Below, in pieces: positions 48,897-59,297 of a stretch of DNA of 64,000 nt (positions are counted from its first letter, which is position 1; each line of letters opens with the position of its first letter). The translations under genes and the position numbers were made by a program. The stretch lies in assembly GCA_963831235.1 (NCBI GenBank), contig CAWHPS010000035.1, forward strand, positions 121,896 to 185,895, written 5' to 3'. The notes below the pieces were generated by a model. The model was not told the DNA's origin. It made no database searches and saw nothing but the letters and a program-made list of their open reading frames with translations. Source of the stretch: an uncultured Fibrobacterota bacterium. GTDB lineage: Bacteria; Fibrobacterota; OXYB2-FULL-49-7; JAEUSG01.

Positions 48897-50467
48897 TTTC
48901 TATATAAATCCGCAAGATGGTAATAGCTTCTGATATTGGGATATAGGCCGTGGATATCCGGCTTTACCAGGAATTTTGTCACATAATAAAAAATATTTAT
49001 AAGAGGCCCGTCATCAAGAAGGATTTGTTCAGCTTTGGCTAAAATGGTCATTCTTAAGGCAGGGTTTAATGTGCTTCCGGCAAGGTTGATAAGTGAATCA
49101 TAAGCATGATTCGACCAACCTGTATTGTTATTGCCCCCATTAGTCACAAACATATCAAGGAAGGTATTGGGATCCGTATAATCACCATACCAGCTGCCTC
49201 TTGCAAAGGCATAGTCAAGATGTTCCACCCTGCTTAACAGGACCTTCCATTCCATATTAAGCGGCCTTACATCAACTTTGAGTTCTTTTTTGATCATAAA
49301 GGCCACTGCCTCAGCAAGCTTTTTATGATTTTCGCCGGTATTATAGATGAGGTCTATTGGGCCAAGTCCCCGGCCATCCTCGAAGCCCGAAAGTTTGAGC
49401 AGCTTTCGCGCACTGTCAGGATTATATGGTGCACCTGTTACTTTTGGATAGCTTGAAATTCCAGGCGGCACAAGAGAATATGCCGGCACTTCCCCGCCTT
49501 TAGTCACATATTTTGTTATTTCTTCCTTGTTTACAGCCATTTCAAAAGCGCGTCTTATACGGACATCGTTAAAGGGCTTTGCATTTACATTCATTCTGTA
49601 AAAATATGTCCCGAAGCAAAGGTAATTGAGATTATCCGGGCGTTTCAATATCTCTTCCGCAATTATGTTCGGGAAATCATCTATCATTGAAACACCGCCT
49701 GTTTCGTACATATTAAAAGCTGTATTAACACCCTCGCATGTAAATGCGTCTATAATTGCGAAATGGGCCCTTCTGGAATCCCAGTATGTAGGGCTTTTTT
49801 CAAGACGCATTTTGTAATTAAGCTGGTGAAAAGTGAGTTTATATGCCCCATTTGTGATGATATTTTCAGGACGTGTCCATCTGATACCGTTTTTCTCAAC
49901 GCATGATTTTTTGACAGGCAGATATGTTTCAAATGCTGCAAGATCAAGAAAAAAAGCTGTGGGATGCTGAAGGGTCACAACAAGGGTGGAATCGTTTTGC
50001 GCCATGACTCCAACCTCACTAAAATCTTTTACAATGCCTTTACGGAAATTTTCTCCGTTTTTGATGTGGAAAAGCATGTAATCATATTGGGAAAGGGATG
50101 AGGGTTCAAGAACACGTTTCCAGGAATAAACAAAATCCCAAGCTGTGACTAATGTACTGTCAGACCACAGACAATGGCGCAAATGGAAAACGTAGTTAAT
50201 GCCGTCAGGAGAAACCTCCCATGTTTTGGCAACACCTGGTTTTGGTTCAAGGGTCTTTGAATCGAGCCTTACAAGACCTTCAAACAGTGCGCGAATGATT
50301 CTGCTTTCCTGGAGTGTTGTTGACAAAGCGGGGTCAAGGGTGCGTTGTTCTCCTATCAGTGTAAAAGAGAAGTTGGCCTTTTTTTCAGGGACAGCAAGAT
50401 AAAAAAAGAACACTATAATAATTATTACTATACCTATTACAGTGAAAAACAGCTTTTTAAGGCGCAT
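48893..50467 (-). CDS. Peptide ABC transporter substrate-binding protein (SBP family 5, OppA/DppA-like)
   Basis: The 524-aa ORF has a signal peptide and an SBP_bac_5 architecture. No cognate ATPase genes are present in this operon. Confidence 0.8.
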   Translation of the reverse strand: MRLKKLFFTVIGIVIIIIVFFFYLAVPEKKANFSFTLIGEQRTLDPALSTTLQESRIIRALFEGLVRLDSKTLEPKPGVAKTWEVSPDGINYVFHLRHCLWSDSTLVTAWDFVYSWKRVLEPSSLSQYDYMLFHIKNGENFRKGIVKDFSEVGVMAQNDSTLVVTLQHPTAFFLDLAAFETYLPVKKSCVEKNGIRWTRPENIITNGAYKLTFHQLNYKMRLEKSPTYWDSRRAHFAIIDAFTCEGVNTAFNMYETGGVSMIDDFPNIIAEEILKRPDNLNYLCFGTYFYRMNVNAKPFNDVRIRRAFEMAVNKEEITKYVTKGGEVPAYSLVPPGISSYPKVTGAPYNPDSARKLLKLSGFEDGRGLGPIDLIYNTGENHKKLAEAVAFMIKKELKVDVRPLNMEWKVLLSRVEHLDYAFARGSWYGDYTDPNTFLDMFVTNGGNNNTGWSNHAYDSLINLAGSTLNPALRMTILAKAEQILLDDGPLINIFYYVTKFLVKPDIHGLYPNIRSYYHLADLYRK

Positions 50468-51576
50468 TACTTTGCCAATAGAAAATTGGAAGCGGCTTTT
50501 AAATAGCGTTTATATTCAGGAAAAGGTGATGCCAGGTTTTTAAGTTCAGCAAGATAGACCTCGCTTTCACGGGGCCGTTTAAGCATATCGCTAAGTACGG
50601 TCAGGTAATAACTTGCTTCAAGGACCGTGGAGGGAGAATACTGACCCTTATTTTTTAAGAGTTCACCGTACCACATATAAGCCTTTCGAAGATAATTCTG
50701 TTGTTCGTTAGGCCCACTGTAGAGTGTCAGCATGATATTGTAATGTGCCAAATCATAAGCAGCGAGGCGGTTTTCAACCCTGTTTAGCGTGTGCGCGCAC
50801 TCCTCAGCCATGGTGTAAACCCAGAAGCATTCCTTTGGGGAAAACGGCGGGTAAAATTTATCCATGGAACTCATTCCGGTACCTGACAGCATACGCACAC
50901 GGTTACCGTCCTCTTTGACCAGGGTATGGATTTCCTTTTCAGATAAAAGGGTTGTGAATTCGCCTTTAAGATCAGTAAAATAGTCGATGCGTCTTGTTGC
51001 AAAGAAACATGACGGACATATTGTGATTTCCATGGCATATATATCAAGCGTATTGTTGCCTTCTCTTCCGGCATACGAAGGCACAATGGATTCATTGCTG
51101 AATATCAGTTCCTGTGATTTTTTATTTAGAAGAAATCCTTTTATATCTTCTGACTTGCAAAGCGTACATTTTAGGTTTTTTAATATGTATAGTTTGTCGC
51201 CGAAGTCATATCCAGTGGGTGGATAAGGTGTGTCCACAACCGCTTTAACGTTCGCCTGGATAAAATCCTGTTTGGAAGGATAAAGCTTTATCACCTTACC
51301 CAGGTTGGCTTCAATAAATAGTTTTTCAACCATCCCAGAATAGTTGAAAATACATAAAGTCCGATTTTGAGCAGAAAGTTTTTTATGCATATTTACAAGC
51401 AGGCTCAATCCGCTGGAATCGACATACGGTACCTTTGATAAATCAATGGCAATGCTTTGATTATCGCTTATAAGGGACTGAAGTTCTTTCCTTAAATCAA
51501 GGATATTATTTACACGGATCTCGCCATCAATTGTAAGGATTAGAAAATCAATTTCTTCATTATAACTAAAATTCAT
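50467..51576 (-). CDS. STAS-domain (anti-sigma-factor antagonist-like) protein fused to C-terminal zinc-ribbon/helical domain (DUF2225-like by impression)
   Basis: The N-terminal 105 aa are SpoIIAA-like (…IDLSKVPYVDSSGLSLLVNMHKKL...). The C-terminal part has CTLCKS...CPSCFF Cys pairs followed by helical repeats. Confidence 0.55.
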   Translation of the reverse strand: MNFSYNEEIDFLILTIDGEIRVNNILDLRKELQSLISDNQSIAIDLSKVPYVDSSGLSLLVNMHKKLSAQNRTLCIFNYSGMVEKLFIEANLGKVIKLYPSKQDFIQANVKAVVDTPYPPTGYDFGDKLYILKNLKCTLCKSEDIKGFLLNKKSQELIFSNESIVPSYAGREGNNTLDIYAMEITICPSCFFATRRIDYFTDLKGEFTTLLSEKEIHTLVKEDGNRVRMLSGTGMSSMDKFYPPFSPKECFWVYTMAEECAHTLNRVENRLAAYDLAHYNIMLTLYSGPNEQQNYLRKAYMWYGELLKNKGQYSPSTVLEASYYLTVLSDMLKRPRESEVYLAELKNLASPFPEYKRYLKAASNFLLAK

Positions 51577-51637
51577 ATTACACTAAATATAAGTTCTTTA
51601 ACCTGGGTTAAAAAAGATGCTTTTTATAAAATGATGA

Positions 51638-52549
51638 TTAAGCACGTGGATGGGCCTTTTCATAAACTTTTTTTAATCGTTCTGCTGTGACATGAGTATA
51701 AATCTGTGTTGTGGATAAATTTTCATGGCCTAGAAGTTCTTTTACTGCAAAAAGGTCTGCTCCGGCATTAAGCAAATGTGTTGCAAATGTATGGCGAAGA
51801 ACATGCGGGCTTTTCTTTGCCTTGTCTGTTATGGCAGACAAACGCCTGTTAACTATTCGTTCAACGGACCTTCCGGTAAGTCGTCCTCCACGAAGGTTTA
51901 GAAACAGGGCTTTTGATGTGTCGGGTAATGGTTTTTTCCTCTTAAGTTCCTGTATCAAAGCATCCCGCTCAATGGAATATCTTTCGAGTAATTGCAGGAA
52001 TGTATCGGTCAAAGAGACTATTCTTTCCTTTTTCCCTTTACCAAAAACCCTTACGCTTTTTTCCTCTTTGTTGATTGCGCCCATATTAAGTGCCGTAAGT
52101 TCAGAAAGGCGTATCCCCGAACCGTAGAAAAGCTCTATCATTGCACTGTCTCGCAAAGCTGCAAAACCATCCCCATTTATATCCGGGTGTACCATCTTTT
52201 CAGTTTCAGTTTCATCAAGAAAAACCGGGAGGCGTTTTTCCTTTTTCGGGGTGGCTATTGATATTGCCGGGCTTATTTCAATCTTTCCCGTTATGTAAAG
52301 ATATTTGAAGAAGGATTTAACTGCTACAAGCTTTCTTCCTATAGAGCTTTTTTTTAATCTTGCCCCTGAAAGTTCCGCCAGAAAGCGTCTTACATCATCT
52401 TTTCCTATTGTTAGTACATCATCCTTTTTTTGTCTTAACAAAAAATCCCTGAATTGTTCCAGATCTTTTTTATAGGCATCAACAGTATGAATGGAATAGC
52501 GTTTTTCATCCTGCAAATATGAAAGAAAAGCATCAAGATATTGCTGCAT
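51638..52549 (-). CDS. Tyrosine site-specific recombinase, XerC/XerD type
   Basis: The 303-aa ORF has an N-terminal core-binding domain ([22 protein letters not shown]) and a C-terminal catalytic box ([39 protein letters not shown]). Confidence 0.85.
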   Translation of the reverse strand: MQQYLDAFLSYLQDEKRYSIHTVDAYKKDLEQFRDFLLRQKKDDVLTIGKDDVRRFLAELSGARLKKSSIGRKLVAVKSFFKYLYITGKIEISPAISIATPKKEKRLPVFLDETETEKMVHPDINGDGFAALRDSAMIELFYGSGIRLSELTALNMGAINKEEKSVRVFGKGKKERIVSLTDTFLQLLERYSIERDALIQELKRKKPLPDTSKALFLNLRGGRLTGRSVERIVNRRLSAITDKAKKSPHVLRHTFATHLLNAGADLFAVKELLGHENLSTTQIYTHVTAERLKKVYEKAHPRA

Positions 52550-52680
52550 TATTTTTTATTTCTTTTAAAATATCAATTGAAAGATATTGTGATCTAAAAT
52601 ATACATCAAGTGATTTTGAATTTGAAACGTTTGATATCCCAAAAAGCCAATATGTATATTTTCACAGCACAAAAAACCGA

Positions 52681-52753
52681 ACCGGTGTAGCTCAGTCGGT
52701 AGAGCAAAGGAATCATAATCCTTGTGTCGGGGGTTCAATCCCCTCCGCCGGTA
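52681..52753 (+). tRNA. tRNA-Met (anticodon CAT; elongator-type or tRNA-Ile2 lysidine-type), no encoded CCA
   Basis: The cloverleaf was folded manually. The acceptor stem is ACCGGTG/CGCCGGT, the D-arm GCTC-AGTCGGTA-GAGC, the anticodon stem AAGGA/TCCTT with loop ATCATAA, and the T-arm GGGGG-TTCAATC-CCCTC. A 1-72 base pair is present, so it is not an initiator tRNA. Confidence 0.85.
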
Positions 52754-52851
52754 TATATAGCCCCTTATGTCTCAACGACTTAAGGGGCTATTATTTTTAT
52801 GCTTTTTCGCACAAAAGCAACCTTCACCACATTTCTTCACCACTTTCACCC

Positions 52852-54063
52852 TTAAGCCGCCTCTTTTATGCCTTTTGGGGTAGAGTTTTTTTCCAGTGTT
52901 CCACGCATAAATCTTGCCTTATTATTTGGTTGGGGTTGACCAATGGTTTCCCATTCAGCATACTCCTTGTAATCCGCAAAAGACATGTATCGGATAGGCT
53001 TGGATTTTCGTCCCATAATGATTTGTGTATCATCAATAGTTATCTTGGCATAACGAAGCATAGAACTTATGGAGCGATGCCCCGCTATCGTCCTTATGTA
53101 ATCGTCATTCCACCCTTCCTTCTTCCAACGGGTAATAGCCCTATGGCGTAAGTCGTGTATGTGGAAGTCTTCTATATCGGCTTTCTCCTTAAGGGTGCCA
53201 AAACCTTTCCGGACGCTTTTAACCGTCTTGCCATTATAGGTAATTATAGTATCAGCGATTTTCATTCCTTCGGCAATTAATTTGTCGTAGCGTGCTTTTT
53301 CATATTCCAAGATTCTGACCAACTCATCATGAAGAGGAATATCTCGTTTGTCCCCATTTTTAGATTCTGGAACATGGAGAAATAATTTCTTGAAATTGAT
53401 CTGTTTCCAACGGGCAGCTAATATTTCTTCGCCTCGCATAGCAGTAAAATCAGCAATCACTAAAACCAATAAAAGATGCCTGTTTGCACCCTTGAGTGTT
53501 TTGTTGAACCTGTTTTTTTGCATCCATCTTACACCGAGCAATTGGTTTATTTCATCTTCATCAAGTATTCTGTCTCGGGTATTATCTTCCTTGGGGATAA
53601 TAATATCATTGAAAGGGTTTTCTGCAAGCCGATGAGATGTAACAGCCCTATTAAAGACAGCTCTCATCATTGTCATTTCTTTACGACAATAGTTTATTGA
53701 CACCTGTTCTAAACGGTTTTTAATAAATTCTTCAATTTCTTCTTGGGTTACTGTATTCATCAATCTTGAACCAAAGACAGCCAGAGAACTTTTTAGGTTA
53801 GAATACATATCTTCACCGGATTTTTGCTTATCGAGCCATTTAAACTTATGCTCATCAGCCATTGATTGATATGTTATGGGTTTGGCTATTCTTTCCAGCA
53901 AATCCCTCGTTTTGTTTACCTGTGGGGAATTTTTAAGATTAAAAAGGATTCGCTTAGCATTTTCAATATCCCTTCCGGCTGCAATCTCAGATTGCTCTCC
54001 ATTCATTTGTATCCTAACATAAAAGCTCTTGCCTCGTTGAATAATATTGCCTAATTTCCTCAT
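52852..54063 (-). CDS. Tyrosine-type integrase (phage integrase family) adjacent to tRNA-Met
   Basis: The 403-aa ORF has an N-terminal SAM-like domain and a catalytic box (HDLRHRAITRWKKEGWNDDYIRTIAGHRSISSMLRYAKI). It lies 99 bp from the tRNA 3' end, a classic tRNA-targeting island arrangement. Confidence 0.85.
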   Translation of the reverse strand: MRKLGNIIQRGKSFYVRIQMNGEQSEIAAGRDIENAKRILFNLKNSPQVNKTRDLLERIAKPITYQSMADEHKFKWLDKQKSGEDMYSNLKSSLAVFGSRLMNTVTQEEIEEFIKNRLEQVSINYCRKEMTMMRAVFNRAVTSHRLAENPFNDIIIPKEDNTRDRILDEDEINQLLGVRWMQKNRFNKTLKGANRHLLLVLVIADFTAMRGEEILAARWKQINFKKLFLHVPESKNGDKRDIPLHDELVRILEYEKARYDKLIAEGMKIADTIITYNGKTVKSVRKGFGTLKEKADIEDFHIHDLRHRAITRWKKEGWNDDYIRTIAGHRSISSMLRYAKITIDDTQIIMGRKSKPIRYMSFADYKEYAEWETIGQPQPNNKARFMRGTLEKNSTPKGIKEAA

Positions 54064-54130
54064 AATTTTATTCCTTTATCATCGCTAATCTGTATTCGCA
54101 TAATGACGCTCCTCTACCATACCCCTGAGT

Positions 54131-54346
54131 TTAGGCTTTAAGTATTATTTGCTCACCCCTTGATAACGCATCATGCACCTGTGAAACTGGAAACCGCCAC
54201 TGACCGCCCTGCTTGGTTGCAAACCGAATACTATATTTCTGTGGGTCTTCAGAAAGTCTGCGTAGGATGTGCTGTGCGCTGAACCCCATCACTTGGGCAA
54301 ACTCTTTTACAGTCAAATACATCTTACTTTGTTCAATGTTTTTCAT
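54131..54346 (-). CDS. Excisionase / AlpA-like helix-turn-helix DNA-binding protein
   Basis: The 71-aa ORF carries the HTH segment MYLTVKEFAQVMGFSAQHILRRL. Its position next to the integrase supports the call. Confidence 0.7.
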   Translation of the reverse strand: MKNIEQSKMYLTVKEFAQVMGFSAQHILRRLSEDPQKYSIRFATKQGGQWRFPVSQVHDALSRGEQIILKA

Positions 54347-54421
54347 CGTCTCCTCCTTACACTATATATCGTAGATTTTTGGCAATTCTTCTTGTGTTTT
54401 CCATTCTATTGCGGTTTAATG

Positions 54422-54964
54422 TTATAGGATGCCATTTCTTTTCCTTCCAAAGCGCTTTTTTAGGATTTGTATATCCTGACCTGTGATTTTTGCAACTATA
54501 GATAGACGCTTATTTTCACGGCATAACTTCATAATTGCGAGATGACGGATATCGTAGAAACAAATACGGTCTCTAATTCTCGCCTTTCTTATTTCCTTAT
54601 GGAATTTACGCTGAAAATATATTTGAGAATGGAGGAGAGGTCTACCGGTATGCGTAAGAACATTGTCTTCTGGACACTTATCTCGTATCAGTGTTTTCAG
54701 TAATGGGAGTAATGGTTTAGCAATGGGTACTGTTCGCCCTGATTTGCAAAACATGCCTTCAAAATGAATAGTCCTTCTTTTAAGATTTACATCTTTAACT
54801 TTCATACTTAACAATTCCCCCAAACGACCTGCGGTATAATATCCTATCAAACATACCATTTGGATATCTGATGGTAAATGGTTTACCAATGTAATGAAAT
54901 CGTCTTCGGACATTTTTCGTAAAGCAAAGGTATCTGATCTTGAGGAAATCAATTTCTTTAACAT
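54422..54964 (-). pseudogene. Truncated tyrosine recombinase (catalytic-domain fragment only)
   Basis: The 180-aa ORF carries the Arg I region (YYTAGRLGELLSMKVKDV), H/K (HTGRPLL), and box II (YDIRHLAIMKL). It lacks the N-terminal core-binding domain and the C-terminal catalytic Tyr region. Confidence 0.6.
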
Positions 54965-55295
54965 ACAAGCTCCTTTTGTTTAGGTAATTTACACTAAGCT
55001 AATATCATTTTGCCTATCATTCTATGGATTTATAATCATAGAACATTAATAAAACACGCATTTTAATCTAAATACCATTCAATATCTTTTTCGGAATATT
55101 TAAGACTCATTTCCAATAACTTTTTAAGACTATCTGGCATATTACCAAGCTTTGTTTTGATGTTTTTCAAAGTCATCTTTCTTATTCTATAAGCCCCTAT
55201 AACTTGAATGCATAGGAATTTTCATCTTCTTTTAGGGGAAAAAACTTGGCTAACAGATTGTGACAATAGGAGTTGTAGTAAATTATTATTAGGAT

Positions 55296-56585
55296 ATGGA
55301 TGAGAAAGAAAGGAAAGATTGGAATGTATTTAAGCAGATATTCTCGGATCATTGGCCAGGCTTCAAGCATAAACATCCGATGTACGATACGGAATATTAC
55401 AACAGCGTTGTAGAAAAGATGCTCGATTGTGGTAATCCGGAGAAAATGGGGTATGTCGAATATCTCTGTATGGATTGTGGCCAGGGTCACAGGGTGGTAT
55501 CGATGAGTTGTAAAGGCTCGATGTGTTTACGTTGCGGGAAAGTCTATGTGGATAATTGGGTGAGCCAAGTCAGCGAGATGTTGCATCCAGGAGTAGTTTA
55601 CCGACATATTGTTTTGACGGTTCCGGAAGTATTATGGAAGACGTTCTTTGATAATGTCGGATTGTTAGGACCATTTTTTCATTGTGGGGTATCTTGTTTG
55701 GATGATTTTTTTAGTGCAACCGCCAAATTTACCTTATGCGGGGGATATATCGTAGTATTGCAGACGAATAGCCGTAACGGGGAATATAATCCGCATCTGC
55801 ATATTATCGGAACGAGTGGCGGGATAACAACAGAGACAAAAGAATGGAAGCATTTAGGATATCTGCCATACAATGTATTACACAAGAAATGGCAGTGGTA
55901 TTTATTGGAGATGCTTAAGCGGGAACTGGGCAAGAAGAAGATAGGCAAATTGGTGGATGATTGTTATAAAAAGTACCCCGAAGGTTTTGTCGCCAACGTG
56001 CAGAAAGGCGATGTTCCCTCTCGGTATCGGAGTTTAGCGAAATATTTGGCGAAATATGTTGTGAGTCCTCCGATATCGGTAAAGCGGATAGACCGTTATG
56101 ATGGGGCAGAGGTGACTTATCATTATCGGAGCCACAAGACCAAGCGTGTGGAGCAGGAGACAATACCGGTCTATCGTTTTATCGGGAGAATGATACAGCA
56201 CGTATTGCCGAAGGGGTTCAAGCGGATAAGATATTTTGGTGTGCAGGCGACAAGAACATTTGAGAAAGTAAAAGCCATCATTGAAACAGCGCTGGCTAAG
56301 GTGAAGGGTGTGGTGAAAGACGGTATACAGATAATTGCGAGAAAAGATTATCGAGAAAGGTACAGGGAGAGTACGGGCGTTGACCCCCTTATTTGTCCAC
56401 ATTGCCGGAACAAAATGGAACTCTGGAGAATTTGGCATCCCAAGCATGGGTTCATTTATGATGCGCTGGAAGCGCTCAAGAAAGGAATGGATGCGTCAGC
56501 AAAAGAAATCATTGAAGCGGGAGAGGTGTTACATACCCTTCGGCCCTCCGCCGAGGGAATACAATTATCGTTGTCCCTTGTGTAA
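55296..56585 (+). CDS. IS91-family (HUH, Y2 rolling-circle) transposase
   Basis: The 429-aa ORF has an N-terminal zinc-binding domain (CMDCGQGHRVVSMSCKGSMCLRCGKVY), the HUH motif HLHIIGT, and the Y2 motif YLAKYVV (compare IS91 TnpA YLSRY). Confidence 0.8.
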   Translation: MDEKERKDWNVFKQIFSDHWPGFKHKHPMYDTEYYNSVVEKMLDCGNPEKMGYVEYLCMDCGQGHRVVSMSCKGSMCLRCGKVYVDNWVSQVSEMLHPGVVYRHIVLTVPEVLWKTFFDNVGLLGPFFHCGVSCLDDFFSATAKFTLCGGYIVVLQTNSRNGEYNPHLHIIGTSGGITTETKEWKHLGYLPYNVLHKKWQWYLLEMLKRELGKKKIGKLVDDCYKKYPEGFVANVQKGDVPSRYRSLAKYLAKYVVSPPISVKRIDRYDGAEVTYHYRSHKTKRVEQETIPVYRFIGRMIQHVLPKGFKRIRYFGVQATRTFEKVKAIIETALAKVKGVVKDGIQIIARKDYRERYRESTGVDPLICPHCRNKMELWRIWHPKHGFIYDALEALKKGMDASAKEIIEAGEVLHTLRPSAEGIQLSLSLV

Positions 56586-56748
56586 GACAGAGATAAAAGT
56601 CAACGAGGCCATCGTGGATGTCGGGATTGGCATGGCTAAATTCAACAATGAGTATCAGGATGGTGAAATGCCAAAAGTGGGATGTCCGGGGTGTAACAAT
56701 TACTCCATGGAATGTACGGAGGAGCTCTGAAAGTCCGCCCGAAGGGCG

Positions 56749-57201
56749 CTAAGTTCTAAGATTCTTATTTATCTGTTCAATATGTTTTTCAAAATGAAGG
56801 ATATGTGCCTGTATTAAACTGTTTACTGTCATACGTCCACGTGTTGAATGAAGCCCTTCCATCTGTAACTGCACCTCATTCAGTGATTCTATTAAGCGAT
56901 AATTGATATTGCGAATCAATTTTAAAATAGAAAGACTCTCGCTAACATCAATATTGCTATGGTTGAACGCTGTCGCCCATTTATCTTCATTATGATTAAC
57001 TAAAAATGGGACATCATCAGCCAAAATGGAACGGAATCTCGTATAAACCTGTATTTCAGTATCAACAAGATGGGCTACGATTTCAGAAATGTCCCATTTG
57101 TTTTGAGCAATGCGAAATTTCAGTTGTTCTTTAGATAGATTCTTCAAGATAGCCTCAAGCTTGGAAATTTCTGTAATATAGGCTTTGTATTTATCACTCA
57201 A
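56749..57201 (-). CDS. DinB-family (DinB_2/YfiT-like) metal-dependent four-helix-bundle protein
   Basis: The 150-aa ORF has conserved His positions in helices (…AHLVDTEIQVY..., ...HILHFEKHIEQ). Confidence 0.7.
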   Translation of the reverse strand: MSDKYKAYITEISKLEAILKNLSKEQLKFRIAQNKWDISEIVAHLVDTEIQVYTRFRSILADDVPFLVNHNEDKWATAFNHSNIDVSESLSILKLIRNINYRLIESLNEVQLQMEGLHSTRGRMTVNSLIQAHILHFEKHIEQINKNLRT

Positions 57202-57228
57202 ATCAGCACCTCCGATTTTGTATAATAT

Positions 57229-58281
57229 TTATTTTGAATTTGAATCTGTTATTATTGTATGCCAACGTCTTTTCTCTTTTTCAGGATCAATGCCCGAAAT
57301 GATTTTGGGGAAATATTGTGCAAGACTCATTTTACTATTCTCATATCCCTTAAGTTGCTCGCAAATTGCAAAACAAAGAATAAAACCTAATTTATACTCA
57401 TCCTTAATACGTGTATATACCAAACTATCGGACAATCCCATTTCATGAGCATAAATGACTATGCCAAGAGTACGAACAAATGCTTCATCAATATGGCTAT
57501 ACCCGATATGACCATCGGAGGATGCAAGTTTAAACAATTCAGAAAACCGATTAATGGCATTGCTGTCAAGCTGATTGGTCAGTGGAGTTATAACATGATG
57601 AAGAGCTTCATGATAAAATGAACTTGTACCAGGTTCGTCAATTTGTGGACCAAATACAAGAAATATCTCATTGTTAATGTTTTCAGTGAATGCAGTAAAA
57701 TATGATTGCAACGGAGCAGAAATTACATAAATCTTCGAGGCTTCGTGAGAAAAATATGTACTATCAAGACGACAATATTGTGTAATGTTGTATATTGCAC
57801 GATAAGCATAGGGTTTATGTTTATCACTTAACGCCTGAAACTGGGAACGGTATTTTGCCCAAAGAGTTGAAATTTTACCTCTGGTGTAAAACTCAGCCAA
57901 AATTGGCGAGAATCCTTTCATGGTTTGCTTTAATTCCTTGGAATAGACCGTATCTTTAAAATTTCTTTGTAATTTGAAGTCAGGTGGTCCATTTGTTAGT
58001 AAAGCATATGAAGCCCAACTGGAGAAATCAGCATTAATTGTGTTGTAATATGCTCGCAACTTCGCAAGATAGGAAGAATCAAGAATACTGAACAATTCTT
58101 TTCGCACTCCAGCTCTAAGTGGATGCATACCTTCTTTCCGCCATTCGTGGTCATAACCAGCAACATTTTGAAAAGCTTGTGCAGTAAAAACACGAATATC
58201 CTGATCAAAATTAAAGAGGCTATCAGAGCTTTGCGCAAGAAGATAATGATGAAACAAACAGAATATTACGAGCAATTTCAT
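57229..58281 (-). CDS. Secreted hypothetical protein with HExxH motif (HEALHH); putative zinc metallopeptidase-like
   Basis: The 350-aa ORF has a signal peptide MKLLVIFCLFHHYLLAQS and a single HEALHH motif. No confident family assignment is possible. Confidence 0.4.
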   Translation of the reverse strand: MKLLVIFCLFHHYLLAQSSDSLFNFDQDIRVFTAQAFQNVAGYDHEWRKEGMHPLRAGVRKELFSILDSSYLAKLRAYYNTINADFSSWASYALLTNGPPDFKLQRNFKDTVYSKELKQTMKGFSPILAEFYTRGKISTLWAKYRSQFQALSDKHKPYAYRAIYNITQYCRLDSTYFSHEASKIYVISAPLQSYFTAFTENINNEIFLVFGPQIDEPGTSSFYHEALHHVITPLTNQLDSNAINRFSELFKLASSDGHIGYSHIDEAFVRTLGIVIYAHEMGLSDSLVYTRIKDEYKLGFILCFAICEQLKGYENSKMSLAQYFPKIISGIDPEKEKRRWHTIITDSNSK

Positions 58282-58467
58282 TTTTTTATCTTTCGGAGAA
58301 AGCTCTTCCTGTTTTATGAAAGGTTTTAATTTCTCACGTTATTTAATCAAACAGCTTATTAATTCATTACAGGATGTTTTATGTCTGCCAAGAGAATCCT
58401 CCCGCAATGAAGAGTAAAACACCCCGTCCATAGAACGGGGTATTCTGTGAAATCTAAATTGACGGAA

Positions 58468-58749
58468 TTATTTTACATGCTTGGCGACGAGCTTTGTCAT
58501 CTCAAACATGTTGACGGTCTTCTTGCCGCCGAACACAGCTTTCAGGGCTTCGTCTGCGTTGATGTTGCGCTTATTCTTGGAATCTTGGAGACCGTTCTTC
58601 TTGATGTATGCCCAGATTTTCTTCGTCACTTCTGTGCGTGGTATCGGCTTTGCTCCGACGACTAGGGACAACACCTCATCTGGTGTTACCGGCTTCATAA
58701 ACGCTGCATTGGGTTTACGGGCACTTTTCTTAACGGCTTTCGTTGCCAT
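58468..58749 (-). CDS. SWIB/MDM2-domain protein
   Basis: The 93-aa ORF has a basic N-terminus followed by a SWIB-like core (TPDEVLSLVVGAKPIPRTEVTKKIWAYIKKNGLQDSKNKRNINADEALKAVFG...MFEMTKLVAKHV). Confidence 0.7.
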   Translation of the reverse strand: MATKAVKKSARKPNAAFMKPVTPDEVLSLVVGAKPIPRTEVTKKIWAYIKKNGLQDSKNKRNINADEALKAVFGGKKTVNMFEMTKLVAKHVK

Positions 58750-58968
58750 ACTGAATCCCTTCGGTAAAATGTGAATGTGTTTTTCCTATGTGGAAAATAT
58801 GTTGTGCCATAGTTACAAGGCAACAGAAGCGGTAATGGGACATACCCCCTATTAACTTAATTCCTTCACGGGTTCTGTATCGGCGGCTTCTTTCTTTTCT
58901 TTTAAAATAGTGCGGTCATGGGGTGTGACCACACTATTTTAACATCCTTCTCGGATTCCATATTATGT

Positions 58969-59280
58969 CTATCCCTGATCCTGTTTTGGCGTGGGTATTC
59001 CCTTATTAACACGGCTTTTAAATTCCCTGCTTGCTTGGAAGATTGGTTTTGTACCCGCTTTTATCTCTACCTTTTCTCCATTTCTTGGATTCCTTGCCAG
59101 ATGAGCATTCCGCTTTTTCAATTTAAAACTCCCAAAACCACGAATTTCAATGTTGTTCCTATCAATAAGTGTACGGGAGATTGTTGCAAATAATTCCTCT
59201 ATAACAATTTCACAGTCAACTTTGGTCAAGCCTGTCCGGACTGAAATTTCATTTACAATATTCTTTTTTGTTACAGACAT
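58969..59280 (-). CDS. HU/IHF-family DNA-binding protein
   Basis: The 103-aa ORF carries the HU signature (…IEIRGFGSFKLKKRNAHLARNPRNGEKVEIKAGTKPIFQAS...). Confidence 0.85.
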   Translation of the reverse strand: MSVTKKNIVNEISVRTGLTKVDCEIVIEELFATISRTLIDRNNIEIRGFGSFKLKKRNAHLARNPRNGEKVEIKAGTKPIFQASREFKSRVNKGIPTPKQDQG

Positions 59281-59297
59281 GGTTTGTTTCGTTTCTA

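Noticed and set aside
56541-56550. A 10-nt match (CCCTCCGCCG) to the tRNA-Met 3' end, considered as a candidate attR of the island.
   Set aside because: The match is short enough to be expected by chance in 64 kb, and it lies inside the IS91 transposase coding sequence. The true attR is probably beyond the window.
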